Positions 30,929-41,718 of a stretch of 64,000 nt of DNA are shown one piece after another; within the stretch, counting starts at the first letter, position 1, and the number at the start of each line of letters is the position of its first letter. The stretch is from positions 5,551 through 69,550 of the forward strand of contig CAJTRV010000004.1 of the NCBI GenBank assembly GCA_910578855.1, given 5' to 3'. Source of the DNA: an uncultured Bacilli bacterium. Lineage in GTDB: Bacteria > Bacillota_I > Bacilli_A > RF39 > UBA660. A program made the translations under genes and the position numbers. Under the pieces are notes generated by a model. The model was not told the DNA's origin. It searched no databases and was given only the letters and a program-made list of their open reading frames with translations.

Positions 30929-31942
30929 ATGAATGATAACAAAAAATACTTTGTTCACCAAGAAACGGTTTCATCACTAGAAAATATGTATTTTAATGAT
31001 GTAATTACGATGATTCAACATCAACTTAAAACATTAGGTTATTATGATGTCAGCATTACCGGTAGCTACGACCACAATACCAAAACAGCAATCAAAAATT
31101 TTCAGACAGATCACCATTTAAAAAACGATGGTACGCTCAATGATCAAACCTGGGATACACTTTACTCTAACAGAAATAATTTAGAGCGCCAAGTAGCGGA
31201 ACGCCAAACAAGACCGGTTCTTAGACTCGGTAGTACTGGCCCATATGTAACGGAGTTACAAACAATTTTAAAAAATCTTCTTTACTATACTGGTACCATT
31301 GATGGTAATTTCGGAAATACTACTGCTCTCGCAGTCAAAACATTTCAGACGAATAATCACTTAACACCAGATGGTGTTGTCGGTCGAGATACTTGGAGTG
31401 CCCTTTCGACGCTATATTCACCACTGGCTATCTGTGATGACAACGAAAATGGAAATGGGAATAATCCAATTTCTTATACAGTGGTGGCCGGGGACTCCTT
31501 ATGGAGTATTGCCAAACGATTTAATACTACCGTTGAGGCAATTAAACAATTAAATCAATTAACGAGTGATGTTATTTATGTTGGTCAGCAACTTCTCATC
31601 CCGAGCGGCAATGATAATGGAACACCGCCAACTTATACCCTATATACGGTGGTAGCTGGTGATTCTCTATGGAATATTGCCAAACGATTTAATACCACCG
31701 TTGAAGAGATTAAAAGCCTCAATAATCTGACAAGTAACCTATTAACTATCGGTCAACAATTAAAGATCCCATCAGATACTTCAAATGTCATCACCTATAC
31801 AGTAATTGCTGGGGATACATTATGGAAAATAGCTCAAAAATTTAATACTACTGTAAATACATTAAAAAGCTTTAACAATCTTACCAATGACACTTTAAAT
31901 ATTGGTCAGCAATTAAGAATCCCAATCAATCGTAACGAATAA
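30929..31942 (+). CDS. Peptidoglycan-binding protein with 2x PG_binding_1 and 3x LysM domains.
   Basis: Two repeats of the form TLGYYDVSITGSYDHNTKTAIKNFQTDHHLKNDG. Three LysM repeats (YTVVAGDSLWSIAKRFNTTVEAIKQLNQL...). Confidence 0.75.
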   Translation: MNDNKKYFVHQETVSSLENMYFNDVITMIQHQLKTLGYYDVSITGSYDHNTKTAIKNFQTDHHLKNDGTLNDQTWDTLYSNRNNLERQVAERQTRPVLRLGSTGPYVTELQTILKNLLYYTGTIDGNFGNTTALAVKTFQTNNHLTPDGVVGRDTWSALSTLYSPLAICDDNENGNGNNPISYTVVAGDSLWSIAKRFNTTVEAIKQLNQLTSDVIYVGQQLLIPSGNDNGTPPTYTLYTVVAGDSLWNIAKRFNTTVEEIKSLNNLTSNLLTIGQQLKIPSDTSNVITYTVIAGDTLWKIAQKFNTTVNTLKSFNNLTNDTLNIGQQLRIPINRNE

Positions 31943-31973
31943 AAAATACCATCGAAATGGTATTTTTTGTTTC

Positions 31974-32942
31974 TTATATAATTAATCGTTGGCCTGGATA
32001 AATTCTATTGGGATTATCTCCAATCGTTGCTTTATTCTTATTATAAATAGTCTGCCATGTCGTCCCAAATTGTTTGGCAATTTTAGATAAATTATCGCCT
32101 TTTTTTACAATATAAACAGTTGGTTCAACTGCAGTAGATGGCAAGATTAGTACTTGACCTGGATAGATTAGATTGGGATTTTTAATATGATTCAATGCTA
32201 CTAATGTCGCAACAGTTGTTTGGTACCTACTTGCAATCGTCGATAAGTTATCACCAGCTTTTACGACATATGTTTTCTGATTAGTTGGTGGTTCATCTGG
32301 ATCAGTTGGTTCTGTTGATTCATCTAGGTGGTTTAATCCTCGTTCTTTTATGATCATAGGATAATCTAGATAAGCAATATCACGATCGACTCGACCATTA
32401 ATTCCGGAAATACTTCCATCACTCGTATACTGCCACATACCAAATGGTTTATCATAAGTAGGAAGATTACTCCATTGTGCCAACCACTTATCATAGCGAT
32501 CTAATTTAGGTGAATTTAATTTTGATTGAAAAAAGGCTTTGCTCGAATATATTCCTACATAGTATCCAGCCTGCTCTATTTTATCACAAAATGTTTGACA
32601 CATTTTTACCAGCATTTCATTACTATTTTGGTCGGTATAAGAGTTAGCCTCAATATCATAATAAATCGGATATTCTAGTCGGTAATTCTTAGCCAATCGT
32701 AAAGCATGATCTGCTTCACTACTCGCTTCAGCTGTTCCCCTGGCGTAACTAAATAAATAGATTCCAAAGGGAATCCCTAACCGAGTACATTCTGAAGCAT
32801 TACGGTGGAACTTTGTATCATCTTGACTAGTACGATCAACACCATAACCACATCTTAAAATAGCAAAATCAACTTGATCTTTAACTTTTTCCCAATCGAT
32901 ATCACCTTGGTAATAAGAAACATCAATTCCTTGCTTTTCCAT
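31974..32942 (-). CDS. GH25 family lysozyme (muramidase) with two C-terminal LysM domains.
   Basis: [17 protein letters not shown]...[10 protein letters not shown] is a GH25 signature. C-terminal LysM repeats. Start at MEKQG. Confidence 0.8.
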   Translation of the reverse strand: MEKQGIDVSYYQGDIDWEKVKDQVDFAILRCGYGVDRTSQDDTKFHRNASECTRLGIPFGIYLFSYARGTAEASSEADHALRLAKNYRLEYPIYYDIEANSYTDQNSNEMLVKMCQTFCDKIEQAGYYVGIYSSKAFFQSKLNSPKLDRYDKWLAQWSNLPTYDKPFGMWQYTSDGSISGINGRVDRDIAYLDYPMIIKERGLNHLDESTEPTDPDEPPTNQKTYVVKAGDNLSTIASRYQTTVATLVALNHIKNPNLIYPGQVLILPSTAVEPTVYIVKKGDNLSKIAKQFGTTWQTIYNKNKATIGDNPNRIYPGQRLII

Positions 32943-33025
32943 ATACAACTCCTTTCGTTATTATAGTATACGAATGAAATAATATAAGAGTAAGGAAGTC
33001 AAACTAAAAAAGAAGGAATAACCTT

Positions 33026-33445
33026 CTATTTTTGAATCATGTTTAATAAATTGATTTTAAAAATGTCTTTTTCCGCATGTTCTTTCGAAACCATAACACC
33101 CTTGTAAGTAACCAATTCCGATTGATGACCTTCTGCTAAAATATCTTCCGGTGTAATCGTATCTAACATAATAATATGATCTGCTTCATAAACGTGATAA
33201 TGTAATTTAATATCACCATGGACTTTAGAAAACATGGAATCCGTTGGCAATTTTAATTCATAAGTTACAGTTCCTTTGCTTTGATTGGTAGAAACAATTT
33301 CTCCTAGAAAAATACCAGTTTTTAGTTTTGGATAAAATTCGAAATATAATTTTTTATAGGCTAACATATTATACTTTTTTAAAGAACGTTCAAGCTTCTT
33401 AAATTCATTTTCATTGACATAGTCAAATACGTAAGCACCCTTCAT
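33026..33445 (-). CDS. Hypothetical protein.
   Basis: 139-aa ORF, last gene of an apparent three-gene operon. No family. Confidence 0.4.
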   Translation of the reverse strand: MKGAYVFDYVNENEFKKLERSLKKYNMLAYKKLYFEFYPKLKTGIFLGEIVSTNQSKGTVTYELKLPTDSMFSKVHGDIKLHYHVYEADHIIMLDTITPEDILAEGHQSELVTYKGVMVSKEHAEKDIFKINLLNMIQK

Positions 33446-33565
33446 TATATTTCACCTTCCCCATGCATCTACTATTTTCTATCGTACTTAAATGATAACA
33501 TGATTACTGGTTTTTGTCAAACAAAAAAAGGAAAGATTCCTTTCCTTTAGAAACTTGAATAACAA

Positions 33566-35239
33566 CTATCGTGACATTCCACCAGTAGATGCTTCTACTT
33601 GAACAGGAGTGCCATCAGATAAATACCAGTTACCATCAGCACCCATAATCAAGTCACTATAATAAACTTCCTCAGTCGTCGTTGTAGTAGTTGCACTATT
33701 ACTATTTTCATTTGGTTGCGACTGTCCACCATTATTTGGAAGCACATTACCACTATCGAAACCTGGATAATAGTTGTCTTGTGTATCTTGATTATTATCT
33801 ATAACATTATCGTCCTCAGGTGGCGTTATGTTATTTTTAACAGAATTATATCCTAACATATAATTAGAATCACTTGATTGTGGTGGCAACCCTGCAAGTG
33901 CATCATTTGCCCCACGTTGAACTAATTGTTCAACTGTTTCTTTATTTGACTGTTGATTGTTTTCATCATGAAAACCGGTATCCACTTCTTGACCTTTATG
34001 TTCATTATAATCAGCTACACCTGCATTAATCGTCGTTTTTCCAGTCTTTGGATCAGTTCGCAAATTTTTATAATCCTCCGCTGTCATCTGACTACCTTTT
34101 TGTTTTTTCATTGCTTCTGTATATTCATGTGAATCACTTGCTTGCGAAGCAATTTCACTAGCATTTTTCTTATTTTCAACTTTTACTTTACTAATTTCAA
34201 TCGCGATTTCTTTTAAAGATTTACCACCATCAGACTTTGATTCATCAGTTGCTTTTTCAATTTCAATCATCTCAGTAATATTTTCTAATATTGATGTGAA
34301 AGCACTGGAATAACTAGAATGATTTTCTTCAATAAAATCCGTATTTTCTGTTCTTTCAGCACATGCTTTATCGAGATGATCAATGAAAGTATTTCGAACA
34401 GTTTGATTAATATCCTTATAGCTATGAAAATACTGAGCGTAACTTGTTGCAACGAACATAGCCATTTCACTATAACCAGCTGATCCATTTTGAATTTTAT
34501 CTAAGGTCTTTACCAATTCATCACGATTTTCATTACTTCGTTCTGTATTCAATTTTTGATACAATGCTTGTAACTCATTTAACATCTTCGCATCATATTT
34601 TTTCGGAAATATACTAGACCAATCCACTTTGAATTGATTAGTCATCAACCCAGTATTCAATGATTGTCTATATTCCTCAAGGTATTTCAACGCATCCGCT
34701 CTATTAGATACAAACTCAGAAATATTTAATGATTTAATTCTAGCATCAGTTTTTGCTTCAAAACCAGCTAATATTGAATAAAATGCTAACTTATCATTAG
34801 AAAACCGTCCCTCTTCTAACAATCCATTTTCACCTAATAACTTCTTAATACTAATTCCTTGATCAATTAGCGTTTGGTCTGCTAAAGCATTACGGCTCCA
34901 ATAATCCTCATCAAACAAAACAATATTATTTTTATCTGAACCTGGTTCTTTATCTTTACTATCATTTCCACAACCAGTCAAGGAAACCGCAATTGCTCCA
35001 ATTAGTCCCACTGGAACTAGTATTTTTACAAGTACTCCATACTTTTCTTTAATTTTACTGACAATATTTTCCCGAACACCCTGTTGCTTTTTATAGTCCT
35101 TCACAATTTTATTAATTTTAGTTAATGCTCCATTCGAAAAATCATTTAGTTCAAGTTTCGAAAAGGCTTCCAACACATTTTCCCCGCGATCGAGTGTTCG
35201 TTGTAAAGCTGCAATTATGGACATTTCATATGCATTCAT
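33566..35239 (-). CDS. Hypothetical membrane-anchored lipoprotein with an Asn/Gln/Gly-rich C-terminal region.
   Basis: TM helix followed by the SLTGCGND lipobox. Low-complexity tail. Confidence 0.45.
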   Translation of the reverse strand: MNAYEMSIIAALQRTLDRGENVLEAFSKLELNDFSNGALTKINKIVKDYKKQQGVRENIVSKIKEKYGVLVKILVPVGLIGAIAVSLTGCGNDSKDKEPGSDKNNIVLFDEDYWSRNALADQTLIDQGISIKKLLGENGLLEEGRFSNDKLAFYSILAGFEAKTDARIKSLNISEFVSNRADALKYLEEYRQSLNTGLMTNQFKVDWSSIFPKKYDAKMLNELQALYQKLNTERSNENRDELVKTLDKIQNGSAGYSEMAMFVATSYAQYFHSYKDINQTVRNTFIDHLDKACAERTENTDFIEENHSSYSSAFTSILENITEMIEIEKATDESKSDGGKSLKEIAIEISKVKVENKKNASEIASQASDSHEYTEAMKKQKGSQMTAEDYKNLRTDPKTGKTTINAGVADYNEHKGQEVDTGFHDENNQQSNKETVEQLVQRGANDALAGLPPQSSDSNYMLGYNSVKNNITPPEDDNVIDNNQDTQDNYYPGFDSGNVLPNNGGQSQPNENSNSATTTTTTEEVYYSDLIMGADGNWYLSDGTPVQVEASTGGMSR

Positions 35240-35253
35240 CTAAACCCCTCCTT

Positions 35254-36606
35254 CTATTTTTCTTTCTTCTCGCCGGTCCATTCATAACCGTCGTTGATTA
35301 AATTTTTATCGTCACACTTGCTCCATTTTTCATCACGCCATCCGCTCTTAATAGATCGTGTTCGGTAACGATAATACTTTGTATTAACAGGAACTTTGAC
35401 CGTTCCATAAATTGGTTCGGTTGTTTTTTCGACCCGTTGTGATGTACCATAATCTACAATCACCTTAATGGTTGTATAAACAGGTGTTGACTTCGTCTCC
35501 CATTTTGTACATACCGTTTGCGTTTTAGTAACTTCGTACTTTTGACATGTTTTTTGAGCCCATATCTGATATTCTCCAAAAGAACAATTACCACAATGCT
35601 CTGGGACATCTGAAATCCAATACCAATACTCAGTATCACTAAAAGTTAACTCGTCTCTACTTCCAACCTTTTTTCTAACCCCTGTATCAGTAAATTTTGT
35701 ATATTTATACTCACCAGTTCCCACTTCCTGAGTTTTCGTTGCTGTACATACTTTTTTCTGTTCAGTACCAATTTGAATTTGTTTATCACCATAAATTGGC
35801 TTATTTTTATCTTTATATGTAATGGTCTTGGTGATAATTCGTTCTCCAATTTTAACCGTCTCATTTTTATAAGTAACTTCGTTTTTCGTTTCAACATCAG
35901 TTAAATCATCTTCATACTTTGGTGATGTTGACCAGCTTGACCAGTTACCCCAATCAGTATAGGAAGCCTTTACCGTCTTAACATACTTACAAATAAATTC
36001 TTTTTGACCTGGTGTTGGCGTTGGTTTTGGTTTATTTGTCGGAGTTGGTGTCGGTTTTGGTTTACTAGTTGGCGTTGGTGTTTTACTAGGCTTACTGGTT
36101 GGTGCTGGAGTTGCCTTTGATGGTAAGATCGCTGGTGTTTTCACATCCTTTTCATCTTTTTCACAGATGGTCGTCTTACAATAATCATAACATCCCATGT
36201 AAACTAATAAATAATTTTCTTGTTCAGTACATTTCAAGTTGACCTTCATGATATACTCTTCATCCATCTTCGTAATTTCTACATAAGAAGCCGTATTATC
36301 ACATGATCTTCCTTTACTATCGGTAAATGGTAACACAATTTTCTTGTCTAACATTTCACCTAATGTCATCGACACTTTATCCCCAACTTTTTGTGGCAAT
36401 CGCGGCGTCGTATAATAACTCTTTGCTGAATCTTTCATCATTAAAATGTTTTCATTAAAGATTCGATCATATAAAGGTGTTAACGCATCCTTTACAAATT
36501 GTTTTGATGGAAATAAATAAATTAAAATAAATACAAACAGTACTACAAATAAAATCTGTAATACAATATCCTTAATTGAAAAACTATCTTTACGTTCTTG
36601 ATACAT
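35254..36606 (-). CDS. Hypothetical membrane protein with a Pro/Thr/Lys-rich repeat linker.
   Basis: Start at MYQERKD, preceded by GAGGGGGAG. N-terminal TM helix. PTSKPSKTPTPTSKPKPTPTPTNKPKPTPTP repeats. Confidence 0.45.
   Translation of the reverse strand: MYQERKDSFSIKDIVLQILFVVLFVFILIYLFPSKQFVKDALTPLYDRIFNENILMMKDSAKSYYTTPRLPQKVGDKVSMTLGEMLDKKIVLPFTDSKGRSCDNTASYVEITKMDEEYIMKVNLKCTEQENYLLVYMGCYDYCKTTICEKDEKDVKTPAILPSKATPAPTSKPSKTPTPTSKPKPTPTPTNKPKPTPTPGQKEFICKYVKTVKASYTDWGNWSSWSTSPKYEDDLTDVETKNEVTYKNETVKIGERIITKTITYKDKNKPIYGDKQIQIGTEQKKVCTATKTQEVGTGEYKYTKFTDTGVRKKVGSRDELTFSDTEYWYWISDVPEHCGNCSFGEYQIWAQKTCQKYEVTKTQTVCTKWETKSTPVYTTIKVIVDYGTSQRVEKTTEPIYGTVKVPVNTKYYRYRTRSIKSGWRDEKWSKCDDKNLINDGYEWTGEKKEK
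35990..36125. repeat. Short imperfect tandem DNA repeat encoding the PT-rich linker of the 35254..36606 protein.
   Basis: Reiterated ggtgttggcgttggttttggttta-like units. Confidence 0.5.
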
Positions 36607-36742
36607 AAAAACTCCCCCTCTTCTCAAATTATGTTCGCTATGATAACACAACCGTCTATTCTTGTCAAGTGCCACACAATTCCAATTTTTTCTTATTTTT
36701 CAAACCATCACTTGTTAATAAATTATACCATATTTTAGGCTG

Positions 36743-37012
36743 TTAGTCAATTTTGATTTGGACAATTGTACAACCATGATTATAGTAAAAACTCTTGTAA
36801 TCGATTACCATTTTATGACTTCTTAATACTTCGTTGGTCGTGCTTCTTAAAATTCCATATCCAATTCCATGAATGATAACGATAATTGGTTGTTTTAACG
36901 TTCTTTGATCACGAATAAAATCCTGAATGGCTACTCTCGCCGTTTCCCGATCATAACCATGTAAATCTAGTTTAGGAAAGCGATCAATAAAAATAACATC
37001 ATTTAAATTCAT
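36743..37012 (-). CDS. Smr-domain protein.
   Basis: LDLHGYDRETARVAIQDFI...IIHGIGYG is an Smr signature. Start placed at MNLNDV. Confidence 0.6.
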   Translation of the reverse strand: MNLNDVIFIDRFPKLDLHGYDRETARVAIQDFIRDQRTLKQPIIVIIHGIGYGILRSTTNEVLRSHKMVIDYKSFYYNHGCTIVQIKID

Positions 37013-37898
37013 AAAAATACTTCCGCATTTCTTCTTTTTCGGGCATCGAAGGCTTACTGCCAATGCGGGTTGCCGAAATGGCCCCAGCTAAATTACCGAT
37101 TCTGAGGCAATCTTCAAACGGATAATGTTTGGCAATCGCATAAGTAAATGCCCCATGAAAAATATCACCTGCTCCAGTTGTATCTTTGGCCTCAACCGTA
37201 ATAGATGGCATGATTTTGATCATTCCGTCATATTCATAAAGACAACCATGTGCTTCTAAAGTAATAACAATATTGGTTTGAAATCGTTGTTGTAAATAAC
37301 GGAGATTATCAATTAACGTTTGATGATTTTCGTAATCAATAGTAATCCCACTTACTTGCTCAGCAAAATCATGAGAACAAACAACATAGTCAACCAACGA
37401 ACATAATTCCTGAATCTCAGGAGTGGACCTACCCGCATCGATAATTCCAATTGCCTTCGGATACTGCTTTAACACCATCTTCGCATAGGCATATTCCTGA
37501 CCATCAATTAAAATAATATCAGGTTCCACAGGATAACACGGTGCCTGGTATTCTAACTGATCAGAGCGATATGTCAAAATTGTCCGTGACCCTGTTTCCG
37601 TATTGACAATTACCGTTGATGATGTTGTCGCCCCTGTCTCACTAAACGCTAAATAATCCGTATTGACATGGGCTTCCGTTAATTCCTGCTTAATCTTCTC
37701 TCCAAAACGGTCTTTTCCAACCACCCCAGCAAAGGCGACATCTAAGCCCCATTTTCCTAGTAAATAGGCAGCATTACATGCCGGACCACCGCCACATTCA
37801 ATTTGCTGTTTCACTCTATTTTTGGTATTTTCCTTAGGATAACCATCAACGGGAATGGTCGTATCATAGGCAGCATGTCCAATTGCTAAAATTTTCAT
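36999..37898 (-). CDS. PfkB-family carbohydrate kinase (ribokinase-like).
   Basis: N-terminal GG motif (ECGGGPACNAA) and C-terminal DTTGAGDIFHGAF. Confidence 0.8.
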   Translation of the reverse strand: MKILAIGHAAYDTTIPVDGYPKENTKNRVKQQIECGGGPACNAAYLLGKWGLDVAFAGVVGKDRFGEKIKQELTEAHVNTDYLAFSETGATTSSTVIVNTETGSRTILTYRSDQLEYQAPCYPVEPDIILIDGQEYAYAKMVLKQYPKAIGIIDAGRSTPEIQELCSLVDYVVCSHDFAEQVSGITIDYENHQTLIDNLRYLQQRFQTNIVITLEAHGCLYEYDGMIKIMPSITVEAKDTTGAGDIFHGAFTYAIAKHYPFEDCLRIGNLAGAISATRIGSKPSMPEKEEMRKYFYEFK

Positions 37899-38009
37899 TG
37901 ATCCACCTCATCTTGTGTATCGTACTATTTACGATCTACTATTATTATTCTACCACAAAACTAATTATTACAGAAAAAAAGTGATCAAAATCATCACTTT
38001 TTTACAACT

Positions 38010-40637
38010 TTACATCATTTCTTTTACTTTGGCCTGTGCTGCCGCTAAACGAGCAACCGGAACACGGAATGGACTACAAGACACATATGTAAGGCCAATG
38101 TTATGGCAGAACTCGACGGTTGCTGGTTCTCCACCATGCTCTCCACAGATTCCCATTTTCATATTTGGTCTTGTTTCACGACCTTTTTCCACAGCCATTT
38201 TCACAAGCACTCCCACACCTGTTTGATCTAATTTAGCAAATGGATCAGCCTCGAAAATTCCTTTGGCATAATAATCTTCTAAGAATTTACCAGCATCATC
38301 ACGACTAAATCCATATGTTAGTTGTGTTAAATCATTGGTTCCAAAACTAAAGAACTCAGCCTGTTCGGCAATCTTATCAGCTAAAAGCGCTGCTCTTGGA
38401 ATCTCGATCATCGTTCCAACACTATAACGAAGTTTTACACCAGATTCAGCAATAATTGCATCGGCTGTTTTAGTGACAATATCTTTTACAAATTGCAATT
38501 CCTTTTCATCACCAATCAATGGGATCATAATCTCAGGTTCAACATTCATACCATCTTTATTAACATTGATGGCCGCTTCAATCACCGCTTGTGTCTGCAT
38601 TCTTGCAATTTCTGGATATGTTACAGCAAGCCTGCAACCACGATGTCCCATCATCGGATTAAATTCTTTTAATGATTCAACCCGCACCTTTAATGCTTCA
38701 AAAGTCATCCCAAGACTTTCAGCAAGTGGTTTTATCTCTTCATCTGTATGAGGCAAGAATTCGTGAAGTGGTGGGTCTAAGTAACGAATGGTAACACTAT
38801 ATCCATCCATTGCTCTAAATAAGCCTTCGAAATCGTCACGTTGATAAGGAAGAATTTTTTCTAAGGCTTCTTCACGTGCTTCTACTGTTTCTGCGGTAAT
38901 CATTCGGCGGAAATTAAAAATTCGCTCTTCTTCAAAAAACATATGCTCCGTTCGACAAAGTCCAATTCCCTCAGCACCATATTTACGAGCATTGATCGCA
39001 TCTTTTGGGGTATCCGCATTCGTTCTGACCTTTAATGTACGAATATCATCAGCCCAAGCCATAAACACTTCGAAATCCCCAACAATTTCTGGATCAACAG
39101 TTTCAATCTTTTCCCCATAAACATTACCAGTAGTTCCATCTAAACTAAACCAATCACCCTCATGGTACTCATGACCATCTTTGGTTCTAACAATTTTAGC
39201 TGTTTCATCGATTTGTAATTCACCACAGCCACATACACAGCAAGTTCCCATTCCTCGGGCAACCACAGCAGCATGACTGGTCATTCCCCCACGCGTTGTC
39301 AAAATACCATGGGCGAGGTTCATCCCTTCGATGTCTTCCGGTGATGTTTCTAATCGAACAAGAAGAATATCTTCAATCCCTTCTTTATGTGCCTTAATTA
39401 CATCAGGAGCTGTAAAATAAATATGTCCCGTAGCTGCTCCAGGAGAAGCTGCAAGTCCTTTGGCAATGACCGCCCCATTCTTCAACGATTCACTATCAAA
39501 ATTAGGATGAAGCAATTGATCTAATTGCTTTGGTTCTACTTTTAACAAAGCCTCTTCTTTGGTACACATTCCTTCATTGACTAAGTCAACCGCAATTTTT
39601 AATGCTGCTGGCGCTGTTCGTTTCCCATTTCGAGTTTGTAGCATAAATAGTTTTCCATCTTCAATCGTAAACTCCATATCTTGCATATCACGATAATGAT
39701 TTTCTAAAATACCACAGATTTTTACAAATTCGTTATAACAATCAGGCATAACCTCTTTTAACGTATCAATTGATTGTGGTGTTCGAATTCCGGCAACCAC
39801 ATCTTCTCCTTGGGCATTCATGAGGTATTCTCCGTATAACTTCTTTTCACCTGTCGCTGGATTACGTGTAAAAGCTACTCCGGTTCCTGAGGTTTCCCCA
39901 CGGTTACCATAAACCATCTCTTGGACGTTAACAGCTGTTCCCCAACTTCCTGGGATATCATTTAAACGGCGATAAGTAATTGCCCGGTCATTGTTCCAAC
40001 TACGGAATACTGCTTTGACCGATTCTAATAGTTGTACCTTAGGATCTTGAGGAAAATCAGTTCCTGCATGATTGCGATATTCATTTTTATAGATTTCCAC
40101 CACTTCTATTAAATCTTCAGCAGTTAAATCAGTATCAAACTCAACTCCCTTAGCTTCCTTGATACGATCAAACTGATGTTCAAATGAACTTTTAGGAAAT
40201 CCCATCACCACATCAGCAAACATCTGGATAAAACGACGATAACTATCATAAACAAACCGGGGATTATTGGTGATTTCGATAAATCCTTTGGCAACTTCAT
40301 CATTTAGTCCCAAGTTGAGAACCGTATCCATCATTCCTGGCATACTCGTTCTTGCCCCACTACGAACTGATACCAATAATGGATTCTTAGGATCGCCCAT
40401 TTTCTTACCCGTCATCACTTCGAGCGCCGAAAGCTGTTCAAAGATTTCCTTTTCAACTTCCTCGCTAATTCGTTTCCCATCTTCATAGTACTTGGTACAA
40501 GCTTCGGTCGTAACAGTAAATCCTTGAGGAACTGGTAGTCCTAATCCCGTCATTTCTGCAAGATTGGCGCCTTTTCCTCCTAACAAATTCTTCATTTCTT
40601 TATTTCCCTCTTTAAAGAGGTAAACGTACTTTGTCAT
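38010..40637 (-). CDS. ppdK: Pyruvate, phosphate dikinase.
   Basis: 875 aa with PEP-utilising enzyme motifs and the catalytic His region GGMTSHAAVVARG. N-terminal ATP-grasp domain. Confidence 0.95.
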   Translation of the reverse strand: MTKYVYLFKEGNKEMKNLLGGKGANLAEMTGLGLPVPQGFTVTTEACTKYYEDGKRISEEVEKEIFEQLSALEVMTGKKMGDPKNPLLVSVRSGARTSMPGMMDTVLNLGLNDEVAKGFIEITNNPRFVYDSYRRFIQMFADVVMGFPKSSFEHQFDRIKEAKGVEFDTDLTAEDLIEVVEIYKNEYRNHAGTDFPQDPKVQLLESVKAVFRSWNNDRAITYRRLNDIPGSWGTAVNVQEMVYGNRGETSGTGVAFTRNPATGEKKLYGEYLMNAQGEDVVAGIRTPQSIDTLKEVMPDCYNEFVKICGILENHYRDMQDMEFTIEDGKLFMLQTRNGKRTAPAALKIAVDLVNEGMCTKEEALLKVEPKQLDQLLHPNFDSESLKNGAVIAKGLAASPGAATGHIYFTAPDVIKAHKEGIEDILLVRLETSPEDIEGMNLAHGILTTRGGMTSHAAVVARGMGTCCVCGCGELQIDETAKIVRTKDGHEYHEGDWFSLDGTTGNVYGEKIETVDPEIVGDFEVFMAWADDIRTLKVRTNADTPKDAINARKYGAEGIGLCRTEHMFFEEERIFNFRRMITAETVEAREEALEKILPYQRDDFEGLFRAMDGYSVTIRYLDPPLHEFLPHTDEEIKPLAESLGMTFEALKVRVESLKEFNPMMGHRGCRLAVTYPEIARMQTQAVIEAAINVNKDGMNVEPEIMIPLIGDEKELQFVKDIVTKTADAIIAESGVKLRYSVGTMIEIPRAALLADKIAEQAEFFSFGTNDLTQLTYGFSRDDAGKFLEDYYAKGIFEADPFAKLDQTGVGVLVKMAVEKGRETRPNMKMGICGEHGGEPATVEFCHNIGLTYVSCSPFRVPVARLAAAQAKVKEMM

Positions 40638-40751
40638 AACTCTTCCTCCTTTATGTTATACATCCACATTATAACACATTTTATTTTGTTTGTAACAAAG
40701 TATGTAAAAACACAATGATTCGACAAAAAAAGAATGTCACTTGACAATCAT

Positions 40752-41648
40752 TCACTTCTCATGGGCCCGGGGATGGGTGTGGAGATAAACACTTCGAAGT
40801 CGTTCATTCGAAACATGGGTATAAATTTGGGTTGTACTTAAGTTTTCATGTCCCAATAATTCTTGAACACTCTTTAAATCCGCCCCATTATTTAAAAGAT
40901 GGGTGGCAAAGGTATGGCGCAGCGTATGGGGAGAAACATGGAGTTTTAATCCACTTTGCTTCAATAGTTTATTTATGATATAACGAACTCCGGCAGTCGA
41001 TAATTGATTCCCATCTTTATTTAAAAATAAATATGATGTCGGTTTCTGGTGAAGCAACTTCTTTCGACCATCTTGCAAGTATAATTCTAATAATTTAGCA
41101 CATTGACGACCATATAATACATAGCGTTCCTTGTTTCCTTTTCCGCAAATTTTAATATTCCGCTCAGTGTATTTAATGTGTTTTAACTGAATAGAAACCA
41201 GCTCACTAACCCGAATGCCGCTAGCATACAGTAATTCCAAAATTAAGGCATCACGCTGCCCAAATGGATCTTTCAAATCAGGAAGTCCTAAAATTGTCTC
41301 AATTTCTGTATCATTGAGATAATTTGGTAACTTTTTATCCTGTTTTGGATTACTAATCAAAGTCATAGGGTTAACCGTAATCTGCTCTTCCTGAAGCAAA
41401 TACTTAAAAAAAGAGCGTAGTGTACTAATATGTCTTGCAATCGTCTTTTTAGCATATTGTTTTTCATACATCATTTTTAGAAAAGAACGAATATCTTGAT
41501 ATGTCACTTGTGAAAACGAATGCATCTTCTGCTGCCTCAAAAATTCACTAAAATGACATAAATCTTCTTCGTAACTCAAAATGGTATCATCCGCATACTG
41601 TTTTTCAAATGTCAAATAATCTAAAAAAGCTTGTTTGTTTCTATCCAT
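40752..41648 (-). CDS. xerD: Tyrosine site-specific recombinase XerC/XerD.
   Basis: C-terminal catalytic region HTLRHTFATHLL...LLGHENLSTTQIYTHV contains the R-H-R-Y residues. Confidence 0.85.
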   Translation of the reverse strand: MDRNKQAFLDYLTFEKQYADDTILSYEEDLCHFSEFLRQQKMHSFSQVTYQDIRSFLKMMYEKQYAKKTIARHISTLRSFFKYLLQEEQITVNPMTLISNPKQDKKLPNYLNDTEIETILGLPDLKDPFGQRDALILELLYASGIRVSELVSIQLKHIKYTERNIKICGKGNKERYVLYGRQCAKLLELYLQDGRKKLLHQKPTSYLFLNKDGNQLSTAGVRYIINKLLKQSGLKLHVSPHTLRHTFATHLLNNGADLKSVQELLGHENLSTTQIYTHVSNERLRSVYLHTHPRAHEK

Positions 41649-41718
41649 ACTATCATCTCTATTTTTAGCATAACAAATTTTAAAAGAAAGAGCAAATAAA
41701 AATGACTATGAAAGTCAT

